DNA of 63,678 nt, the filler included, from an uncultured Methanosarcinales archaeon (GTDB lineage: Archaea; Nanobdellota; Nanobdellia; Woesearchaeales; CAYZNE01): NCBI GenBank assembly GCA_964405295.1. It is 14 parts of 14 records of this genome, joined end to end, with 100 filler letters (N's around TTAATTAATTAA, not from the genome) between each part and the next. Parts side by side here need not be neighbours in the genome. Positions count along the whole stretch, not along the records: positions 55,609 to 59,646 come from CAYONI010000054.1; positions 59,747 to 63,678 come from CAYONI010000055.1; 12 more parts are not named here. One strand, written 5' to 3'. Below the pieces are notes generated by a model. That model was not told where the DNA came from. It ran no database searches and worked only from the letters and a program-made list of their open reading frames with translations. Made by a program: the position numbers and the translations under genes. This document shows positions 58,227-63,678 of the stretch, one piece after another; within the stretch, counting starts at the first letter, position 1; the number at the start of each line of letters is the position of its first letter.

Positions 58227-58922
58227 TCATGAAAATATAGATCGGATTCGTTTGACGATCATGCTCCACACCATTGGAATGATTCTTTTTCGGGTGGCTA
58301 TGGGTTCGGTCTTCCATGTCAGACCCATGAATCCCTTGAGAGCCTTTCTTTCTCGTTTGTATTTATCCAGTTCAATGGCTGGCCTGCCGACGACGTTGGT
58401 GTTGTCTTTCACATCATGCAGCAATAGACTGCCGATTCCGATGCGGACATTATTTCCAATCTTGACCCGGTTGAGAATGGTCACTCCCGGGGATATGATC
58501 GTGTTGACTCCAATTTCGGTATGTCCCGATATGCGCGTACCAAGGCCGATCACACACCTCTGGCCGACGCGGATGTCGTGGCCGATATTGCACAGGTTGT
58601 TTATGAATGTATGGGAGCCGATAATGGTATCGCGTTCAACGCCGCACTGAACCACGACATTATACCCCACATCCACATTGTTTCCGAGAACGGTTACGCC
58701 CTTTTGGGATCCTCGGTTTCGGTTACCTTTGCCGGCCTGAAGCGTAAACGCCTCGACACCTATCTTGGCTCCGGCATGGATGGTACAACCATCTCCGATA
58801 ATTGTGCCACTCTTGAGAACCACAAAGTCTTCAATGGTAACATTTTCGCCGATCTTGCAATCTTTCTCGATGACAACGTATTGGCCTATTCTCAGATTTT
58901 CGCCGTGTTTGTAATCAAACAT
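58227..58922 (-). CDS. Hexapeptide-repeat acyltransferase (LpxD-like)
   Basis: Left-handed beta-helix repeats; NIGHD. Confidence 0.8.
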   Translation of the reverse strand: MFDYKHGENLRIGQYVVIEKDCKIGENVTIEDFVVLKSGTIIGDGCTIHAGAKIGVEAFTLQAGKGNRNRGSQKGVTVLGNNVDVGYNVVVQCGVERDTIIGSHTFINNLCNIGHDIRVGQRCVIGLGTRISGHTEIGVNTIISPGVTILNRVKIGNNVRIGIGSLLLHDVKDNTNVVGRPAIELDKYKRERKALKGFMGLTWKTEPIATRKRIIPMVWSMIVKRIRSIFS

Positions 58923-59402
58923 TTCACCGACCCTTTGGATGTAAGTGATAGCTTAACTTATCAATTTCTATAATACTCCCCAAAAACTGAACAGTTGTTT
59001 AAGGTAAAAATAAAGCCTGTTTCATTATGCCTTTTCCAACTTGTGAATTACATGATTACATTCGGTATAAATAAGATCTGTTAAATATTCCCAAAATGAA
59101 TCATTCTCAATAGTGCCGGACACAATCTGTGGCGGCAGAAAACGTCTCAATGTGCCATGGCCATGGACTACCGCCTCTCGGTCCAAAACAAAATTGATAA
59201 TAAGAGGAGCCTTTCCACGTTTGGAAAAGGTGGCATAATCCGGTGTTGAATGGATAATATCAGGGGTACCCTGCCGACGGTATAAAAAAGGAATCGCAGG
59301 TGGAAACAGTGTCCAATAGGGATTGTAACCACAGATCATGATAATTGGGAATTTTATCTCCTAAAATCTGATGTATGATATAGGCGTTTTAAAAGACGTT
59401 TG

Positions 59403-59646
59403 TCATACATGTAGCTTCTCAACTATCCACGCCCCAATGTTTCGATCTGTAAACTCAACGCCAAACAGGTATATTTCCTTGTCAGTACCCTGATACTTTT
59501 CAAAATATTTCTTTTCCTTAATCTGGATTAAGGCTTTGTTTTTATCTCCGTTGAATTTGAATTCAAAAATGTAGATATCTTTATCAATAATAACAGCGTC
59601 TATCCTGCCCCTGTTTGTTTTTACTTCTGCTTCCACTTTTAATCCG
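59403..59646 (-). CDS. PD-(D/E)XK nuclease domain C-terminus (partial)
   Basis: GRIDAV...YIFEFK...ALIQIKEKKY. Confidence 0.85.
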
Positions 59647-59746
59647 NNNNNNNNNNNNNNNNNNNNNNNNNNNNNNNNNNNNNNNNNNNNTTAATTAATT
59701 AANNNNNNNNNNNNNNNNNNNNNNNNNNNNNNNNNNNNNNNNNNNN

Positions 59747-61103
59747 CTAAAATTAAGTCTTGATTTGATAAACTTAAAGATTCTTCAATTCTTTTTAATC
59801 TACTTTCAACATTAATCTGCCAATCTGCTAACCTTATTGACTCATCACCAACTGTTAATTCCTGATATACTCCCGGATATTTAATGACTTGTTTAGTAAC
59901 TACTAAACTTTGATTTATATTTGGCTCACTTATAGCATCAACTATTGTAACTGTGTCACCAAAATTAACATCAATTGTAGAAGAACTTTTAACCAATAAT
60001 TCTCCAACTAAAAAAGGCTGTGAAAACTTAGAGAGAATTTCAACTGTTCGAACCTCTGCGTCCGCAATTGTTTGAATATCTGAAAGAGTTCTCTGTTGTT
60101 CGAATTGACCATAATCATCTATACTTGCTTGATTAATTTGATGAATTGGTGATGGTGCATTCCAAGTATAATTTACATGGCTTGTGCTAGTTGGAAAAGT
60201 TGTATCAGTTGTTGGCATTAATTTTTTATTTTCTTTATCAACATAATAATAATGACTTGTTGAAGCATCTTTTGTTCCACCTTCTTTTACATCTCCTGCA
60301 ACAATTAATTCTACACTTTCAGGAGTTTTATCTAATAAAATTCCATCAGTATCAAAATCAGCAGTAGTTCCAATGGTTGCATCTCCTGAACCTATTGGTT
60401 TTCTAATTTGTGTTAAACTTACAGCTCCATCAACTCTTAAATCATTTACCATTTTAGAAGTATCATTAGTCCATGTAGGTATTCCAATTATTTCAGTTCC
60501 AACAGTTAAGATTGTTGATGAATCGTTATATCCATGTGGTTCAAAATGTACCGTATCATTAATTGCATCATACCAAAATTGATAACGAACTGCATCAGCT
60601 AAAACTTTTAATCTTTCAAAAATATCAGTATGAACACAACGAAATTCGTCAATAATTTCTGTATCAGCTGTTCCAGTTGCAACAACTACTGCAGTTAATC
60701 CTCCATGAGTTTCAATTAAATCTTTTGCTATTGCACTAATTTCACCAGCTTGAGGTCCGGAACTTTCATAGACCTTATTAACATTTCTTCTAATTAAATT
60801 CCATAATTTATCTTTTGCTGTAATTTTAATAAATCCACCATCTGGTTCATATTCACTAATAAATCCTTCAAAAACCTTTGTATCTGTTGATGTTGTAAAT
60901 CCTTTCCAAATTGAAACAGATTGTCCAACATTTAAAGTTATTGTGTCATTAATTGTTTTTAAAACGTTTAAAGTTAATTCAGAAATTTCATTTGTTCCTG
61001 TTCTTTCATATTCCCAGTTTGAAACTACTGAAGTGATTTCACTATCTGAACTATCTAAAATAGTAATTCCATCAATTATTACTTTTGTTTTTAAGTATGC
61101 CAT
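59747..61103 (-). CDS. Tail tip/hub protein (3' partial)
   Basis: VFEGFISE and SIDDYG patterns; position after the Dit-like gene. Confidence 0.65.
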
Positions 61104-61468
61104 TAGTTATCTCCCTCAATCATTGTTAATGAATAATCTATTTTACCTACATCTGCTTTATTAACTGTCCATTCAAATGTATCAACATAAACTGTTTTTA
61201 AAGCATATCCTTCTTTGCTACTAACAAATATTACACCACCTTGTTCACCATTACAAATTGTTTCTATTGCATTAATAAAAGTATTTTGTTGAGTTTGTGT
61301 TCCTGTAAATATTCCACTAACTCTTATGTTTTTTATTACACCAAATAAATCAAATAAAATTGCTTTATCACTATCCTGTGTAGGCATTGGCGTTTGAAAT
61401 AATTGAGAGTTTTTTGATTGTGTTTCAGATTGAACATCTCCTAAATCATTGTCGTCTAAAGTTGCCAC
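61103..61468 (-). CDS. Distal-tail-like protein
   Basis: IRVSG...YSLTMIEG; downstream of the tape measure. Confidence 0.55.
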   Translation of the reverse strand: MATLDDNDLGDVQSETQSKNSQLFQTPMPTQDSDKAILFDLFGVIKNIRVSGIFTGTQTQQNTFINAIETICNGEQGGVIFVSSKEGYALKTVYVDTFEWTVNKADVGKIDYSLTMIEGDN

Positions 61469-61704
61469 TTTCTAAAAACCTCCTTATATTTTTTAACTCT
61501 TCTAACATTTCACTATTTATTTTTGTTTGTAAAATTATAAAATTTTTAATTTCTTCCAGTGTTTTATTTTCCATTATTTGCTAAAACTCCTATTACCTTT
61601 TTTCTGTAATTCTTTACTTATTTCTTCTGTTAATTTTTTTATATTTATTTCTGAAGTAATATTTTTTGGTATTTTTTTTAAATCATCTATAAGTTCTTGT
61701 ATAA

Positions 61705-62934
61705 CTACATCCATTTGTTTTTCCTAACAGTTACAATTTCGTGAACTGTTGTTATTTTTTTAGGTATTCTATTTAAACTTGATATTATATTGTTTACAGA
61801 AGTATTTGAAACATTTGACATATTAACAAATTCATTTGATGTGTCAATTAAATTTGTTGACAATGATGTTTTATTTGTAGTGTCACCTATTTCATAACTT
61901 AAACTATTTACTCCCTTAGTCATATTAGTAAAAACTATATTTGAAGTATCATTTAATGACACCCATTTTTGTTCTGTGTCGTTTATATTAGAAATATAAT
62001 TAGACAAATCTACATTATCAATATCATTTTGTAATTTTGGATTTATAATGTGCCCTGTAAATTGTCTTGTACCTTGATATAATTCATCATAATCCATTTC
62101 TTCTAAATCTTTATATGGGTCTTCTTCTCTAGTCAAATCAAATAATAATGATAAAATAAAAACTAAACTACCAGCTAACATTCCAAAGATAGGATTACCT
62201 GTTGCAATTCCAACTGCTAATGCTGTAGCAATTCCTATTAATCCGGCAGCTTTTAATGCAGTTTTTAATTTTTTCAATTCTATACCATCTGGAAGAATTG
62301 ACATAGCTAAACCAAATGTAACTGCTCCAAACAATGTTCCAACAATTGGACTACCAGTTGCTATTCCTGCAGCAATTCCTGCGGCTAACCCAATTATACC
62401 AGCGGCTCCTAATTTATTTTCTAATTCGCCTTTACCTATAGAATTAAAAATTATTGCTGTTCCTAATGCTATTGATAATGCTCCTAAAATTGCTGGACCA
62501 CTTAAAGCAGCAAGTGCTGCTATACCAAATGCAACTCCAATAGCTGTTCCCACAAAGGTAACATCTCCAAACAATGCACCTAATCCACCAGTAAAACTAC
62601 TCATAGGACTATCACCATTTTCTTGTCCATCTTTAACTGCTTTTATAGTATCACCAATTTTTTTAGCAATTTCTTTCATATATGGTAATAATGGTAAAAA
62701 TACAATTAGTGCTAATAATGATAACAATTTCAATAAGGGAGTGAGTATGGGAGATAATGCCACCCAAATAGCTGCAACAATTGCTGTAGCTTTTAAAATT
62801 CCACCTAGCATTCCAGTAGAATTTTTTTGTTGATTTAACAATTGTTTTTCATAATTAGAACCTCCACTAGAGTTTCCACTAGAAGTTTTCCCTTTTGTTT
62901 CAATTGGTATTTCGATTTTAAATTCGTTTGCCAT
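61705..62934 (-). CDS. Putative tape measure protein
   Basis: Ala/Gly-rich hydrophobic repeats; follows the tail chaperone. Confidence 0.7.
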   Translation of the reverse strand: MANEFKIEIPIETKGKTSSGNSSGGSNYEKQLLNQQKNSTGMLGGILKATAIVAAIWVALSPILTPLLKLLSLLALIVFLPLLPYMKEIAKKIGDTIKAVKDGQENGDSPMSSFTGGLGALFGDVTFVGTAIGVAFGIAALAALSGPAILGALSIALGTAIIFNSIGKGELENKLGAAGIIGLAAGIAAGIATGSPIVGTLFGAVTFGLAMSILPDGIELKKLKTALKAAGLIGIATALAVGIATGNPIFGMLAGSLVFILSLLFDLTREEDPYKDLEEMDYDELYQGTRQFTGHIINPKLQNDIDNVDLSNYISNINDTEQKWVSLNDTSNIVFTNMTKGVNSLSYEIGDTTNKTSLSTNLIDTSNEFVNMSNVSNTSVNNIISSLNRIPKKITTVHEIVTVRKNKWM

Positions 62935-63477
62935 TTTTTGTTTTCATTGCTTTTTTCTGTTCACTCGCTTCCTGTTCTTTCCATTTTTCTTCTAACCACA
63001 ATAATTTATATATTCTTTCTCTTTCCATTTTATCAACTTCGTTTGGATTAAGTTTAAAAAACTTCAACATTAAAAAATAAATTATATCATCTTGATATTC
63101 TTGTTTTGAAGTTCCATTAAATAATGAATATTTTAATTCAAATTTTTTTTTTCTTGTGGGGTATTAAGTTCATTAAATCCTGTTAAAATATCTGATGCAA
63201 TTCTTTTTTCTAAATCAAATATATTATCTTCTGTTATTTCAAATGGAGCTTTAATTATAGATTTTTTCAAATTCATCAATGTCATTTTTTCTTGGTCTAT
63301 TAGTACATCTGGTGTACCAGTAGCCATTTTAACCTTTGTACATTTATTTCTAATTCTTAAATCTTCACCAAAACTTAAAGCAATCAGTTCTACATTTTCT
63401 TTTTTATCATTCCAATCTATTTCTATAGTTCCAACTGTTCTTGTCTTTCCATCTATTTCCCGTTTTTCAATGTTCAT
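62918..63477 (-). CDS. Tail assembly chaperone gpG (63133-63477) and predicted -1 frameshift product gpGT (about 186 aa)
   Basis: A10 run at 63143-63152 just before the stop; the -1 frame is open for 75 codons into the tape-measure start. Confidence 0.75.
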
Positions 63478-63556
63478 TTTTTATCCTCCTGTTTGTTTAA
63501 TTATTATTGTCTTTCCAACTGTCAACCTAAAAAATTTAAAAAATAAATTAAGGATT

Positions 63557-63676
63557 TTATGCTGCTTGTTCGGCAGGTGCTGTTTCAATGTCATTTGTAT
63601 AAATAACATTTGTACATCCTCGAGCCCAACCAGTTACATTTTCTTTTACAACTTCATTTACATTTGACGGAAGTGT
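63557..63676 (-). CDS. Putative major tail protein, C-terminal fragment
   Basis: TLPSNVNEVVKENVTGWARG...; directly upstream of the chaperone. Confidence 0.6.
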   Translation of the reverse strand, partial: TLPSNVNEVVKENVTGWARGCTNVIYTNDIETAPAEQAA

Positions 63677-63678
63677 TT

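Noticed and set aside
59025..59339. 104-aa ORF as an intact gene
   Set aside because: It looks like a fragment (possibly glycosyltransferase-derived) and cannot be supported as a full CDS.
5037..59746. Regularly spaced TTAATTAATTAA palindrome
   Set aside because: Always centred in N-runs; a concatenation linker. ORFs ending in LIN or running through it are artefacts.

Overview
The window is not one locus. It is 14 unrelated ~4-5 kb metagenomic contigs, in decreasing size order, joined by artificial N44-TTAATTAATTAA-N44 linkers: 1-5036, 5137-10013, 10114-14932, 15033-19843, 19944-24652, 24753-29261, 29362-33851, 33952-38353, 38454-42760, 42861-47160, 47261-51352, 51453-55508, 55609-59646 and 59747-63678. 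Contents in order: (1) a satellite-like integrative element at a tRNA-His att site; (2) an AT-rich phage whose terminase intein hides an HNH endonuclease in a second reading frame, with its own predicted promoter; (3) a spirochaete-like ABC transporter region; (4) phage early-type genes, including an 8x zinc-ribbon protein and a stand-alone S3-like KH domain; (5) Mollicutes/Firmicutes-like housekeeping genes (SRP RNA, tadA, tdk); (6, 11, 14) head-tail virus modules, probably archaeal, with a gpG/gpGT-type -1 frameshift; (7) a full-length IS21 element; (8) a DPANN-like fragment (rpl40e, aIF5A, tRNA-Gly); (9) a giant phage-like protein; (10) an array of single genes separated by six copies of a 22-bp site built on the tRNA-Phe anticodon loop; (12) a DPANN-like DGR target plus avd next to an integron-like integrase, with a G11 tract in the target; (13) a second, unrelated DGR (TR plus RT). 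The best candidate for an undescribed system is contig 10, an integron-like gene-cassette array using tRNA-Phe-derived att sites. Family and taxonomic calls come from reading motifs by eye; no searches were run.
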